Assembly (NCBI GenBank): GCA_963777715.1
Contig: CAVZRN010000008.1
Location: forward strand, 56,928 to 120,927
Length of the DNA: 64,000 nucleotides
Direction of reading: 5' to 3'
Source: an uncultured Gammaproteobacteria bacterium
Lineage (GTDB): Bacteria; Pseudomonadota; Gammaproteobacteria; JAURND01
Shown piece after piece: positions 40,605 to 51,711 of the stretch. The position numbers and the translations under genes were made by a program. Position 1 is the stretch's first letter. Each line of letters begins with the position of its first letter. The notes under the pieces are model-generated. The model made no database searches. It was given only the letters and a program-made list of their open reading frames with translations, and was not told where the DNA came from.

Positions 40605-41282
40605 TTAACGCGGACCAAACAGCGCCGTGCCGATTCTGACGATGGTGCTGCCAGCGGCAATGGCGGCGACAAAGTCATCCGACATGCCCATCGATAGCGT
40701 ATCCAGGGCTAAGCCCTGCGCACATAATGCCGCATAGGCCGCCTGTACGCGTTGATAAACCGCCAGTTGCTCGGCAAATTCCTTACTGGCATGGGGAATA
40801 GCCATCAGGCCGCGCAAGCGTAGATTCTCCAGGCGATTAATTGCGTGCGCCAATTCCGGCAAGGCATCCAACGTCACACCCGACTTAGTGGCTTGTTGAC
40901 TGATATTAACTTCGATGCATACATTGAGTTTGGGTAAATGCGTGGGACGTTGTTGGTTTAAGCGCTCGGCAATATGTAACCGATCAAGACTATGTACCCA
41001 GGCAAAATGAGTTGCAATAGCTTGGGTTTTGTTGGATTGAATCGTGCCAATAAAGTGCCATTCTAATGGCACATCAGTGAGTGTGGTTATTTTCTGTAGT
41101 GCTTCCTGTAGGTAGTTTTCACCGAAACATAATTGTCCACCGGCAATTGCTTCACGAATGGCGGCAAGCGGTTGTTGCTTGGAAACTGCGAGTAATTGCA
41201 CACTGCCAGCTTGACGGTGGTAGTGTTGCTCGGCCTGGCGTATGGTAAGTTGCAGCTGGTGTAGACGTTGTAGAATAGACAT
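40605..41282 (-). CDS. yggS: PLP-homeostasis protein YggS (PLPBP family).
   Basis: LLAVSKQQP, GENYLQE, MGMSDDF motifs. Confidence 0.85.
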   Translation of the reverse strand: MSILQRLHQLQLTIRQAEQHYHRQAGSVQLLAVSKQQPLAAIREAIAGGQLCFGENYLQEALQKITTLTDVPLEWHFIGTIQSNKTQAIATHFAWVHSLDRLHIAERLNQQRPTHLPKLNVCIEVNISQQATKSGVTLDALPELAHAINRLENLRLRGLMAIPHASKEFAEQLAVYQRVQAAYAALCAQGLALDTLSMGMSDDFVAAIAAGSTIVRIGTALFGPR

Positions 41283-41310
41283 TGCAAACTTCCTTAAAAA
41301 AAGAAAAAAA

Positions 41311-41421
41311 CTTGACGCAAAGACGCAGAGAAAAGATTAAAAACAAATAAAGATATTTTTTTTAAATTCTTTATGTTTTATCTTTTATGTTTTCCTCTGC
41401 GTCTTTGCGTCTCTGCGTCAA
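41311..41421. repeat. Palindromic element family A, copy 5.
   Basis: CTTGACGCAAAGACGCAGAG ... CTCTGCGTCTTTGCGTCTCTGCGTCAA, between ileS and yggS. Confidence 0.85.
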
Positions 41422-41440
41422 ATCTTTAAATCTTTTTTGT

Positions 41441-44287
41441 TTAAGCAAACTCCCGCACCTCTCCCCTCCCTACCACATTCTCCACACAGCGCGCGCATAG
41501 CTCGGGATGCTGCGCATCCTTGCCGACATCGGCGCGGCGATGCCAGCAACGTTGGCACTTTGTATACGTCGATGGGGTGACTCTCACCCACAATCCCGGT
41601 AATTCTGTCGGCGCTGCATCATCTCCACGTAATACCATGTCATGCACCCGAGCCTCGGAAGTAATTAATATAAAGCGCAATTCATTGCCTAATCGGTTGA
41701 GTTGTTTCAATAAACCATCATCACAATATAAATCCACTTCTGCCGCCAGGCCAGAACCAATTGCACCAGCGCCACGCGCTTTTTCTAGTTCACGGTTCAC
41801 TTGTTCTCGCACTTGCATGACGTGCATCCAGAAGTGCTCCTCATATTTCACATTGACTGTGGTATCGCCAAAACCTTCATACCAGGTTTGCATAAATACC
41901 GACTCTTGCTGACGCCAGGGCAGGTATTGCCAAATTTCTTCTGCGGTAAAACTCAATACCGGCGCCAGCCAGCGCACCAGGGCTTCCAGTATGTGGAATA
42001 TCGCAGTCTGCGCAGAGCGACGCGCGCGACTATTTTTTTGCGTGGTATATTGACGATCCTTGATAATGTCTAAATAAAAACTGCCCATATCCAGTGAGCA
42101 AAAATGTTGGATTTTTTTGGTGACTAAATGAAATTGGAAATTTTTATAATCGTCAGCAATTTCAACTTGCAATTGTTGTGTACGCGCCACCGCCCATCGG
42201 TCCAGCGCCAATAAATCCTGCGTTGGAATTAAATGTTCGCGCGGATTAAAATCAAATAGATTAGATAATAAAAATCGCGCGGTATTGCGAATGCGGCGAT
42301 AGGATTCTGCGGTGCGTTGTAAAATTTCATCCGAGATGCTGGCTTCTGCACGATAATCGGTAGATGCAGCCCACAGGCGTAGAATATCAGCGCCCAATGA
42401 ATTCCATACTTTTTCCGGCAAGATCACGTTGCCTAATGATTTCGACATCTTACGGCCTTGCGTATCCACGGTGAATCCGTGGGATAGCACCATGCGATAC
42501 GGCGCTTCGCCCTTGATCGCGGTTGCGGTTAGCAACGACGAATGGAACCAACCACGGTATTGATCCGAACCTTCTAAATATAAATCTGCTGGCCATTGCA
42601 ATTCTGGCCGTCGCGCCAATACACACGCATGAGTGGAACCTGAATCAAACCATACATCCAGCGTATCCGTTACCTTGCGATAGTCCCTGGCATCATCGCC
42701 CAATAATGTTTCCGGCTGTAAATCGTACCAGGCGTCAACACCATGCTGCTCTACCAACACCGCCACTTTTTCCATTAATTCCAAGGTGTTGGGATGCAAT
42801 TGATCAGTCTGGCGATGCACAAATAATGTCAGCGGCGTACCCCACATACGTTGACGCGAAATACACCAATCAGGACGTTGCACAATCATGCTGGCGATAC
42901 GCGCTTGCGCCCATTCGGGCGACCAACGTGTGTTATCGATTGCGGCTAATGCCTGGGTGCGTAATCCCGCTTGTTCCATGCTAATAAACCACTGCTTTGT
43001 TGCACGAAAAATCAACGGCGTCTTGTGTCGCCAGCAATGCGGATAACTGTGTTGCAGTTTTTCGCTGCTGAGCAGCGCATGATGTTCGGTTAATACCTGC
43101 ACTACATGCGCGTCTACTTTATACACATGCTCGCCAGCGAAGAATGCTGTGTCGTCTTTAAAGCAACCCTGGTCGTTGATCGGGTTATCAATCGCTAAGC
43201 CATAACGATTGCCCAACACGTAATCGTCATCACCGTGTGCGGGTGCGATATGCACAGCGCCAGTACCCGTATCGACCGTTACATGCTCACCCAATACCAA
43301 GGGAACCTGACGCGCTAAAAATGGATGTGTTAGCAACAATTTTTCCAGCGCCTCACCCAGACATGATCCCGCAATGGTGTAATCGGTAATGCCATAACGC
43401 GCCATGGCCGATTCCACCAGCGAAGCAGCTATAACCAAGTATTCTGTCGCATCCTCCTGTGTGCAACGCACCAGGGCATATTCAATATTGGGGTTTAACG
43501 CCACCGCTTGGTTGGCTGGCAATGTCCATGGCGTTGTCGTCCAAATCACCACGCTGACAGAGGGCGGCGTCGATGTGGCAATTTGCGCTGAATTAACACC
43601 AAAACGAGCAAGAAATACGTCGGGTTCTACCGCGCGAAAACGTACATCGACGGTGGTCGAAGTTTTGTCCTGATACTCCACTTCCGCCTCTGCCAAGGCC
43701 GATGCACATTGCACACACCAGTGCACCGGCTTGCTGCCACGCGCCAAATGACCACGCGCAACGATGTCGCGCAGCGTGCGAATAATGTCGGCTTCAAAGG
43801 TGAAATCCATGGTCATGTAGGGATGTTCCCAATCGCCAAATACGCCCAGACGTTTAAATTCATCGCGCTGTTGCTGCATTTGCGAATCGGCATATTCACG
43901 ACACAGTTTGCGAAATTCGCTGGCAGAGACTTTTCTCTTGTCCTTTTCCAACATGCGTTCAACATTTAGTTCAATTGGCAGACCATGACAATCCCACCCC
44001 GGCACAAACGGTGTGGCAAAACCGGCCATCGCCTTGGACTTCAGCACAATATCCTTGAGGGTTTTATTCAATGCATGACCGATATGAATACGGCCGTTGG
44101 CATAGGGGGGGCCATCGTGCAAGATAAATTTCTCGCGCCCCTGTTGCTGCACTTGCAATTTGGCGTAAATTTGCTGTTTTTCCCAGAATTCCAGGGTCAA
44201 CGGCTCGCGCCTGGCCAGGTCGGCCTTCATGGGGAAGTCGGTTTGCGGAAGGTTTAAGGTATCTTTGTAGTCGGTCATGGGGGTCAC
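41441..44287 (-). CDS. ileS: Isoleucine--tRNA ligase.
   Basis: 948 aa with HIGH ([11 protein letters not shown]) and KMSKS motifs and C-terminal Zn-binding cysteines. Confidence 0.95.
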   Translation of the reverse strand: MTPMTDYKDTLNLPQTDFPMKADLARREPLTLEFWEKQQIYAKLQVQQQGREKFILHDGPPYANGRIHIGHALNKTLKDIVLKSKAMAGFATPFVPGWDCHGLPIELNVERMLEKDKRKVSASEFRKLCREYADSQMQQQRDEFKRLGVFGDWEHPYMTMDFTFEADIIRTLRDIVARGHLARGSKPVHWCVQCASALAEAEVEYQDKTSTTVDVRFRAVEPDVFLARFGVNSAQIATSTPPSVSVVIWTTTPWTLPANQAVALNPNIEYALVRCTQEDATEYLVIAASLVESAMARYGITDYTIAGSCLGEALEKLLLTHPFLARQVPLVLGEHVTVDTGTGAVHIAPAHGDDDYVLGNRYGLAIDNPINDQGCFKDDTAFFAGEHVYKVDAHVVQVLTEHHALLSSEKLQHSYPHCWRHKTPLIFRATKQWFISMEQAGLRTQALAAIDNTRWSPEWAQARIASMIVQRPDWCISRQRMWGTPLTLFVHRQTDQLHPNTLELMEKVAVLVEQHGVDAWYDLQPETLLGDDARDYRKVTDTLDVWFDSGSTHACVLARRPELQWPADLYLEGSDQYRGWFHSSLLTATAIKGEAPYRMVLSHGFTVDTQGRKMSKSLGNVILPEKVWNSLGADILRLWAASTDYRAEASISDEILQRTAESYRRIRNTARFLLSNLFDFNPREHLIPTQDLLALDRWAVARTQQLQVEIADDYKNFQFHLVTKKIQHFCSLDMGSFYLDIIKDRQYTTQKNSRARRSAQTAIFHILEALVRWLAPVLSFTAEEIWQYLPWRQQESVFMQTWYEGFGDTTVNVKYEEHFWMHVMQVREQVNRELEKARGAGAIGSGLAAEVDLYCDDGLLKQLNRLGNELRFILITSEARVHDMVLRGDDAAPTELPGLWVRVTPSTYTKCQRCWHRRADVGKDAQHPELCARCVENVVGRGEVREFA

Positions 44288-44384
44288 TAATCAAGAAAAA
44301 ATAGATGACAAAGAATATACCGTTTAATACGCTGTAATGCCAGCCTGTCTTAAATAGCATATCTTTTTTGCCACTTAATATGTA

Positions 44385-44762
44385 TCAAATTCTTTTTTGT
44401 TGTAGTTTTTGGCTTTTAATAAGAATTTCTGCCGGGATATGTAATCCCGTATTAAGGCGACGTATCATTGCTAACGTTAAAAGCCGTTTCTTATTTAAAA
44501 TTTCGGACACTCTGGCACGAGAACCCAGGTACTTTTGCAATTCTTTTCGATCTATGCCACGACTTTCCATCCAGTATTGAATGGCATCGATAGGATCTGG
44601 AAAATCAATTTTATGGTGTTTTTCTTCGTATGCTTCAACAAGCATAGTCAAAATTTCCAATTTATCCCCTTGCGGAGTATTTGGTTTAGCATCAAATAAT
44701 TCTTCAATTTCGGCCAATGTTTTTAAATAGTCTTTATGTGATTTAATTAATTTAATCTGCAT
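44385..44762 (-). CDS. higA: HigA-family antitoxin (HTH addiction-module antidote).
   Basis: Characteristic HigA pattern (…LVEAYEEKHHKIDFPDPIDAIQYWMESRGI…VSEILNKKRLLTLAMIRRL). Confidence 0.8.
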   Translation of the reverse strand: MQIKLIKSHKDYLKTLAEIEELFDAKPNTPQGDKLEILTMLVEAYEEKHHKIDFPDPIDAIQYWMESRGIDRKELQKYLGSRARVSEILNKKRLLTLAMIRRLNTGLHIPAEILIKSQKLQQKRI

Positions 44763-44771
44763 ATATACTCC

Positions 44772-45065
44772 CTATATTGTTGTAACATCAATCTTATCGT
44801 ATTCAGCATGTGTACCAATAAAACGTATATAGACAATGCTGTAAAAGTAATTAATGGCCACCACTAATCTGTAGGTATTTCCATGGATATTAAAAACAAC
44901 TCTATTGTTTGCAACGATACTGGCATTTTTATAGATTTGCTTAATGGAATCTGGTGATTTCCAATTTGCTCTTTTTGTATCTGCATACCATGAGCGTAAT
45001 TGTTTTTCAGCCTTTGGATGATTATTCCAAAAATCCTTTAACTTTTTAATAGATATAATTCTCAT
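44772..45065 (-). CDS. higB: HigB-family toxin (mRNA interferase).
   Basis: MRIISIKKLKDFW…VVFNIHGNTYRLVVAINY…IRFIGTHAEYDKID pattern. Lies upstream of higA in the same orientation. Confidence 0.8.
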   Translation of the reverse strand: MRIISIKKLKDFWNNHPKAEKQLRSWYADTKRANWKSPDSIKQIYKNASIVANNRVVFNIHGNTYRLVVAINYFYSIVYIRFIGTHAEYDKIDVTTI

Positions 45066-45170
45066 GTTTCAATTATACAACGTTCCCAAATTGGGATCAA
45101 TATCTATTTAATTTGTCGTGAGAAGATTAATAGCCTTACCTAATGAAGAAGGATATACCCATCGCCATTG

Positions 45171-45415
45171 AAGATGCGAAGTTTGGCACATAACTCTCCC
45201 CGCTTGTCATTCCCGCCGCTCAAGGTTTATTAAAAATGTCAGACAAGACAGCGGGAACCCAAAAATCAAGCTTTTCGACACTAAAAACCTAGCCTGTTGT
45301 TAAATTGGGTTCTTGGTTCCCCGCTATCCTGTTGGGAGCCTTTTGTTGGCTATGAGCGGCGGGGATGACAAGCCATGGTTGGTAGCCAATCTCGCATCTT
45401 GAGGTGCGATGAGTA
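45171..45415 (+). repeat. MITE-like repeat family B, copy 3.
   Basis: Near-identical to 19972-20212. Confidence 0.75.
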
Positions 45416-45474
45416 TACATGCGTGGCGCATATTGCGTTACATAACTTGCATCACAATCCAACCTAACAACAAG

Positions 45475-48400
45475 CTAGGTTGTTGGTGGTTTTCCAGCTG
45501 ATCCACCGGTATTTTTTAGTTTTCCTGTTTCCGGTGGTGGGTCAGACGGCACAACAGTTGGTTGTTGCAGTGGGACGCCTGCAGCAACCTTACTCTTACC
45601 ACCAAAAAGCGTACTCCACATGGTTGGAGATTTTGGTTGCTGTACCTGAGCAGCTTGCTTGGAGGAAACAGCAGATAGATTTGGCAAACTACCCTTCACT
45701 TTTATATCCGCCTTCGGCGCAATTTTCAGCTTAATTGCTATCGCAGCAAGTAGCTCTTCTCGAGCGGCCGGAGCGCAAGACCCACATTGGACAAGCATAT
45801 CCAATAATTTTTCACTGGTTTTTTGTCTGTCCTCAGCGGTAGATTTTTTATCCTTTTCTATACCAGCTCGTATCATTCCTTTAGCCGTTTCAACCAAGGC
45901 ATCCACCAAGCCCTCACGTGCCTTCTGTACTAATTCTGGTTTACCAAGGGTACGGTAATCATGCTGTAAACCTAATACCGCCCTCTGTAACAAGCTTTTT
46001 GCACAAAACCCGTTGAGTACTGGCTCTTCTTGTTCTTGTGTAAGCTGTCGGTCGATCAGACCCAATTCATCAAACGCCATTATTAGTTTTGCGTGCTTAA
46101 TGTCGTGTGGCTTCTTACCACTTAAAAGTCGCAATGTAATAACTAATTCTTCTGGTTGTCTTAATTTACCGTGCGCATCGCAGAAAATCTCGCTTGCATC
46201 TTTATAAGATAATTTATTAAACACTGGATTAGCAGCAATTAACTCTGCTGGATTTCCACCTCCCTGCTCAATAGCAACGTACAACGTTACCCACTGCGCA
46301 GCTTCTGCTACATTTATCCCCTTAGCTATTTCTAAAAATATCTCTATTTTTTCTTTATCGCGTAATTTACCTTCACTATTAAACAATACTACTTTAAATC
46401 CATTTAGGCCAATTTTTTCGTACAGCGGGTGGAAAACAACTTTGGAAAATAGTGGGAAATTATCTTTTGTTAGCAACGCCTTTAATTCCTGCAAATTTGA
46501 CTCTTTATTTGCATTGGCGTAATTAATAATAGCCGTTAACGCTTTCTCTACTGCCTCTGAACTATCAGACAAAGGGACTAATGAACCCATTAACTCATAA
46601 AAATTTGCTGCTCTTGCTTCATCAGCCTCATCTAAAAAATCAGCAATACTCAATACAGATACAGTCGATTTAGTATTATTTATCTCGGCATAACGCTTTG
46701 GCCCGAGCAGCTGTTTTAAAAGAGGCGCAACCTTTACTGCTTCAGTCCACATAGATGATTGCGCAGCAATGCTATTCAGTACTATATTAGTATCCTTATC
46801 GCCAGTAATAACTCCCGCTGTTTGTCGACAAAATAGACTATACAAGCCGAATGCTTGCTCATTTGTGCGTAATGATTCAATCGTTTTGCGTATCGCATTT
46901 GTTGTTTTAGATTCAGAAACGCTTCCCAAATTAGCCTGATATTGTTTCTGCACGTTTACTTTAGCATTAATAACAGGCTCAATATCTACCAGCTTAATTT
47001 TTGGCTCCCTGGGCGACAAGGGTGGCAGCTCTTCGGCTTGTAGCATGAGCTCTCTCGAATCCTTACCCATTTTTTTTACCATCATATCAGCCAGGTCATC
47101 AACAAAGGCCTGACGAGAACCAAATGCATCATCACCAAGTTGCCGCTTATCCATTTCTCGGATTTGTGCATCACACGCAGCAACGTCAGCAGCTAATCTC
47201 ACCAACTCTGCTAATAAAGGTTCCGGCAACCATACGATGTGATGTTCGTTTTTATAGCGGGTAACCGCCGTCTCAAATGCCTGAACAACCAATGGCGATG
47301 ATTTATATATTTGACAAAGTGCGCTAAATGTTTCCAGGCTTAATGACTGACCTTCTGCTTCCATATTTTTTAGTGTAGCTATCATACCCCTTGTAAACAA
47401 TATCGATGGGAAGAATGGCCCTAGATCAGCCCTATCTACTTCGTCAAGCTCCTCATTAACTCCCTCTACCTTCATACCCTTAAAAATAGTTTGGTATAAT
47501 TTAAATAATTTTTCCGGAGGAGTTGATTCACTCAGACCCATAAAATCTGTCAATGACTGCCCTGTTAATTCATAACCATAGGTGTCGCGCAAAATATCAA
47601 TACATCTCTGTTTTTGCTCTCTAAAACCATGAACCGCAAGCTCAAGAACGCCCTGTTTAAATTTGTATTTCATCTCAGCTAGAACATCTCCCTTCTCCTG
47701 CTTCTTTTCCTTCTTAGGTGATGCCGACGGTTCCGGTTCTGACGGTAGTTCAGAAACAGAACCTTCTATTATTACCATGGATTCTGATTGCCTACGTTTT
47801 GACCGAGATTTTGACATTTCAGCTTCTAATGCCTCAGTTTCTGACATAACCGCCGCTTTTTCTTTTTTGGATAGTTTTTTCAAAACGTAGTTAATTAGCC
47901 ATTGGAAAAATCGTACCATACGCCATTCAGACTGAGTATTTTTTTCAGGTGAAATATCCTCATCTTGCTGTAGCGCTTGACTTTCCCCTCCAGCAGGTGA
48001 CCCCGATGGGGAATTTTTTCCTTCTTTTTTAACTTGCTTTTCTTCTCTGGCTTTCTGTTGCTGCGCCTCACTTTCTAGCTGTTTCGCATATTTTTCAACC
48101 GGTTTTTTTGCGTTCTTTAATGCTTTAGCCAAGGCCTCCTTACCAGGGAAATTATCCCATAATTTAGCCAACGCCCGATCAGTATTAGCTTCTACTCGTT
48201 CACTTAGGCTGTCTATATAACTCTCATCACCTTCAAGCAAGAACCTCTCACTTTCATCGATACCTGCAACTCTCCACAAAGCGATTAAACCATCACGTAA
48301 TTTTTTATCTGCTGCCTTTATATTTTCCTCAGTTGGTTTTTTTTGACTAATCACACCCATATAAACATTAACACTTTTAGTTAACTCGTCGGCGACCTTG

Positions 48401-49464
48401 GCAATTCTTTCATTGCGAGCAATTGTTGCTAGCCTTTTCTTATTGGTTTTCCAAGTATCTACTGCACTCTTTAAATCTCCTCTAAATTGCGCTTCATCAG
48501 CTTCATTAAAAAATGGGACAAACCGCACTAAGACAGCATTGGTTAAGCGCTTTAAAGCAGCACGCTGTTCCTCTTCGGGTAATTCTCCAATGCTAGGTTT
48601 ACCTATAATTTTTTGTACTTGTTCTTCGCTCAAGCCAGCCTTGTTGCATAAACTAATAATACCAGACTCTATTTCACTTATTTGCTTATTTAACTGTTCC
48701 GATTCCAATTCAGCAGGTTGAGCGATAGCAGCCAATTTTTTCGAGTCAGATGATATATCTGCTCGCAGTGGATTAAATATTGGTTGTCTATAAATAAATG
48801 GATTTAGTGATTCTTCAAAGAATTCTCGTGAGGGGTTTGGTTTCTGATCCGTGATACCCAATTGGGAATATAATAGTTGACGTAGTTTGCTTTTCTCTGC
48901 ACCCTCGCGCGTTAGAACAACTACTAAGTCCATATTCACACCAGCAATTTGGCTACTTGCCTGGATAAATGTAAGTTTGGAGGATTTTTCGTCTCCCAGA
49001 TCACGTAATTGTTGCGCCAATTTAATTTCTTCTGGGGGGTAATAGCTATCCTTCGAGAATAATGTTTGGATAGATACTTCATCTTTTTCTGTCAAGTATT
49101 GATCTAACGACTCGTTAAAGTTGTTTAGTCGCTCTTGCTCCTGGCGCGCAGACGCTGCCTTAATATCAGCATCTAACTCTTTTTGAGCCTGTTGTATATC
49201 CTGCCCAAGCATACCTAACTCTACGTGAGTGATTTGCTGTTCTACTTTTTGCTGTTCTCGGGTAAGCGGGGCATTTCCTTCAAGCCGATCCTTTGCCCGA
49301 TTACTTGCTTCTTCCTGCCTTGCGTGTCGCTTTTTGTCCTTTTTTGCTTGCTTTACACGCTCTACTGCACCCATGCCTTCCTCAATTTTTTCTTTACCCT
49401 TTCGAATTAGATTTTCGCCTTTGTCGATTTTTTTGCCAGACATACATTTCCCCTTAAGTATCAA
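45475..49464 (-). CDS. Very large hypothetical protein (1329 aa): K/E/Q-rich, predicted extensive coiled coil, disordered Pro-rich C-terminus, no enzymatic motif. Effector-like.
   Basis: Composition and heptad-like periodicity in the translation. Flanked by MITE B on the 3' side and by the IS/repeat cluster on the 5' side. Confidence 0.5.
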   Translation of the reverse strand: MILKGKCMSGKKIDKGENLIRKGKEKIEEGMGAVERVKQAKKDKKRHARQEEASNRAKDRLEGNAPLTREQQKVEQQITHVELGMLGQDIQQAQKELDADIKAASARQEQERLNNFNESLDQYLTEKDEVSIQTLFSKDSYYPPEEIKLAQQLRDLGDEKSSKLTFIQASSQIAGVNMDLVVVLTREGAEKSKLRQLLYSQLGITDQKPNPSREFFEESLNPFIYRQPIFNPLRADISSDSKKLAAIAQPAELESEQLNKQISEIESGIISLCNKAGLSEEQVQKIIGKPSIGELPEEEQRAALKRLTNAVLVRFVPFFNEADEAQFRGDLKSAVDTWKTNKKRLATIARNERIAKVADELTKSVNVYMGVISQKKPTEENIKAADKKLRDGLIALWRVAGIDESERFLLEGDESYIDSLSERVEANTDRALAKLWDNFPGKEALAKALKNAKKPVEKYAKQLESEAQQQKAREEKQVKKEGKNSPSGSPAGGESQALQQDEDISPEKNTQSEWRMVRFFQWLINYVLKKLSKKEKAAVMSETEALEAEMSKSRSKRRQSESMVIIEGSVSELPSEPEPSASPKKEKKQEKGDVLAEMKYKFKQGVLELAVHGFREQKQRCIDILRDTYGYELTGQSLTDFMGLSESTPPEKLFKLYQTIFKGMKVEGVNEELDEVDRADLGPFFPSILFTRGMIATLKNMEAEGQSLSLETFSALCQIYKSSPLVVQAFETAVTRYKNEHHIVWLPEPLLAELVRLAADVAACDAQIREMDKRQLGDDAFGSRQAFVDDLADMMVKKMGKDSRELMLQAEELPPLSPREPKIKLVDIEPVINAKVNVQKQYQANLGSVSESKTTNAIRKTIESLRTNEQAFGLYSLFCRQTAGVITGDKDTNIVLNSIAAQSSMWTEAVKVAPLLKQLLGPKRYAEINNTKSTVSVLSIADFLDEADEARAANFYELMGSLVPLSDSSEAVEKALTAIINYANANKESNLQELKALLTKDNFPLFSKVVFHPLYEKIGLNGFKVVLFNSEGKLRDKEKIEIFLEIAKGINVAEAAQWVTLYVAIEQGGGNPAELIAANPVFNKLSYKDASEIFCDAHGKLRQPEELVITLRLLSGKKPHDIKHAKLIMAFDELGLIDRQLTQEQEEPVLNGFCAKSLLQRAVLGLQHDYRTLGKPELVQKAREGLVDALVETAKGMIRAGIEKDKKSTAEDRQKTSEKLLDMLVQCGSCAPAAREELLAAIAIKLKIAPKADIKVKGSLPNLSAVSSKQAAQVQQPKSPTMWSTLFGGKSKVAAGVPLQQPTVVPSDPPPETGKLKNTGGSAGKPPTT

Positions 49465-49736
49465 TATCGGTGGTTACATTAATATAGGCTCAACTCGAAG
49501 CTATTTCACGGCCATATATCTACATTGTAAGGGAACCAGATTAATATAGTATTAAGAAGGGTTAATTTTTTAGGTTTTTTTGCGCCGCAGGTGTTATTAG
49601 ATTGGGCAAAACAGATTGGAATAATGCTACTAACTAAGTTTCTGGATCCCGGACATTAAGTGCTACTAAGGCTCGCACGCTCGCTTCGTCGCACTAAATT
49701 CCGGGATCAATGGCACTACCTTAAGGAATAGCACAA

Positions 49737-49884
49737 AGTGTTCGTAGGGGCGGTTCGTGAACCGCCCGCACAAAACAAATAAAGTACATATATGCCATTA
49801 TTCACTGATAGATTGAGTGAAACACAGCCCATCACAATATAATTAATGCTGAGAGCGGGCGGTTCACGAACCGCCCCTACGAAA
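49737..49884. repeat. Inverted pair of family D palindromes (GTAGGGGCGGTTCGTGAACCGCCCGC) flanking about 85 bp.
   Basis: Read directly. Single copies also occur at 21634-21660 and 53727-53754. Confidence 0.8.
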
Positions 49885-49920
49885 TCGCACCCAGCCAACC
49901 CGGGAGCAGGGAAAAGCGCT

Positions 49921-51470
49921 TAAGGTAGTGCCATTGAATTCTTCCAATTAGCCTTAAGTTAAGCTTGACATATTCCTGTACATTTGGGCAGCTATTGTAA
50001 ATTGTTGATACCCTATCCATAATGTCTTTATTCCAGGTTTTGACGCCTTCTTCTTGGATTTATAACCACCTAAACGAGCAATCCTTAAGATGACTTCAGA
50101 TAATGCCGGGCATTCTTCCGGTATTTTTTCTTTAAAAAAAACGTATATCGCTTTCCATTCAAACGCTTCAAACAGTTTATCCGCTTTAATATCTACCTCT
50201 GTACGACCAATATAGATCAGCCAATATAAACGACATGCCGATAAGCTAGCCATAACTAAAAAATTTTCTATCGCTTGCCGTGAACTATGCAAATACACTT
50301 CATCCACTTGATAGCCTGTCTTTAACACTTTATGGTAATCTTCTATATGCCAACGACTTCGGTATATCTCCACTATCTCTTTTATTTGTCCGACTGTGTC
50401 AATGGGTAAACTCGTTAATAATATCCATTCATGCCCCTCATTAAACGCTTTAACCACATTAATCGTAATCGCTTTATAGCCAATTTTTCCCTTCCCTTCC
50501 TCCTTGCTTTTATTAGGAGGTGGAAAGGTAATCCTCAGTGCCTTCAAATTTAATCTTAGCTCCTTAATTTCCCTCGTATCTACCTCTTGGATTGTCACAT
50601 CCAATACACCCCTTCCCTCCGCTTTCTCTAATAAACTCTTTAACTTTTCGCCTCGGTCTCGGTGCTTCTCTCCTGAATAACGATCATGCTTACCACGTAT
50701 CACATAGTCTTCATTTGCCTCATTTAATGTATGTAACAACTCATAAAAATCTCCTTCCCGATCCGACACAGTAATGATCTTTTTCTCAGTCGCTCCCACA
50801 CGCCGTCTCATGTTCTTTAGCGCAGTAAGCCAACAACGACTCGCTTTATCTTTCACCTCTCGATGATGATGGTGGACGCTTCTATCCAACTCGTCGTAGT
50901 CAAAGTACTGCACATCAATGAGTCCTAATGGCTCATTCCTATCCGTCACGCACAACGTACTATGCTGGATCAGACCGTACATGTCTGTTTAACCCATCTT
51001 GCCTATTCGGCCAAGCTCCGTTTTTGCTGTATGACTTGTATAGTTCAAACGCATGCCATCCTGAATCGCCAAGATGTACCTTGAATCGCTTTCCTGGATA
51101 CGTTTCACCGTCTTCTGGTAATGAGGTGCTAGCAATGTTTCCCTCGAAATCTTGGGATTACTAAAAAAAATCGTAGGCTTGCCTAGCTTCTTTTGCATCC
51201 AAAAACAGACGCCTTATACAACTACCTAACTTCGTTTGTATCGTCATAAGAATTTTCTTCGCTCGTTCGTTCAAGCGTTTATCCTTTAAATCTAATCGCT
51301 TAAATTCTTCTCGGACAAACATCTCGGTTGTCCCTGATCCTATGGTATTTTCCATTACTTTTCTCCTATATTTTTATAGCTTATTAGCTTGAAAACAATA
51401 GACACTCTCTATAAACCCTGTCAAGCAATACTTAAGGCTAATTGGAAGCATTGAATTCCGGGATGACATC
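49921..51470 (-). mobile_element. Degraded IS4/IS10-like insertion sequence. Terminal inverted repeats of about 28 bp (TAAGGTAGTGCCATTGAATTCTTCCAATTAGCCTTAAGT) enclose a frameshifted transposase.
   Basis: Inverted repeats at 49921-49960 and 51421-51460. Transposase split into three ORFs. Confidence 0.7.
49954..51355 (-). pseudogene. IS4-family DDE transposase split into 64-aa, 69-aa and 342-aa ORFs by frameshifts.
   Basis: The N-terminal piece (FKRLDLKDKRL…AYDFF) and the catalytic core (…HIEDYHKVLKTGYQVDE…) both resemble the IS10/IS4 transposase. Confidence 0.7.
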
Positions 51471-51711
51471 GGAGGGAAATCATTATGTTGGCACAAGACC
51501 AATGGATGACCTGTCAGGAGGGTCTTTGAAGCGACTAGGTATCAGGATGATAGCGGGATGGTACATGGACGTACCGTGGAGCTGAAAAGACCCTCCCGAC
51601 AGGTCATCCTAGAACAGGCAACCACTTTTGTATCGTCCAGAGTAGGTTTTTTGCACAGCGAGTTATCACATTGAAGCAAGCTGCATGACCCAAGATAAGA
51701 TTAGGATGGAA

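Noticed and set aside
49716-49898. 60-aa ORF between the two family D palindromes.
   Set aside because: It is enclosed by the inverted palindromic repeats, has no start context, and is probably the interior of a small repeat element.
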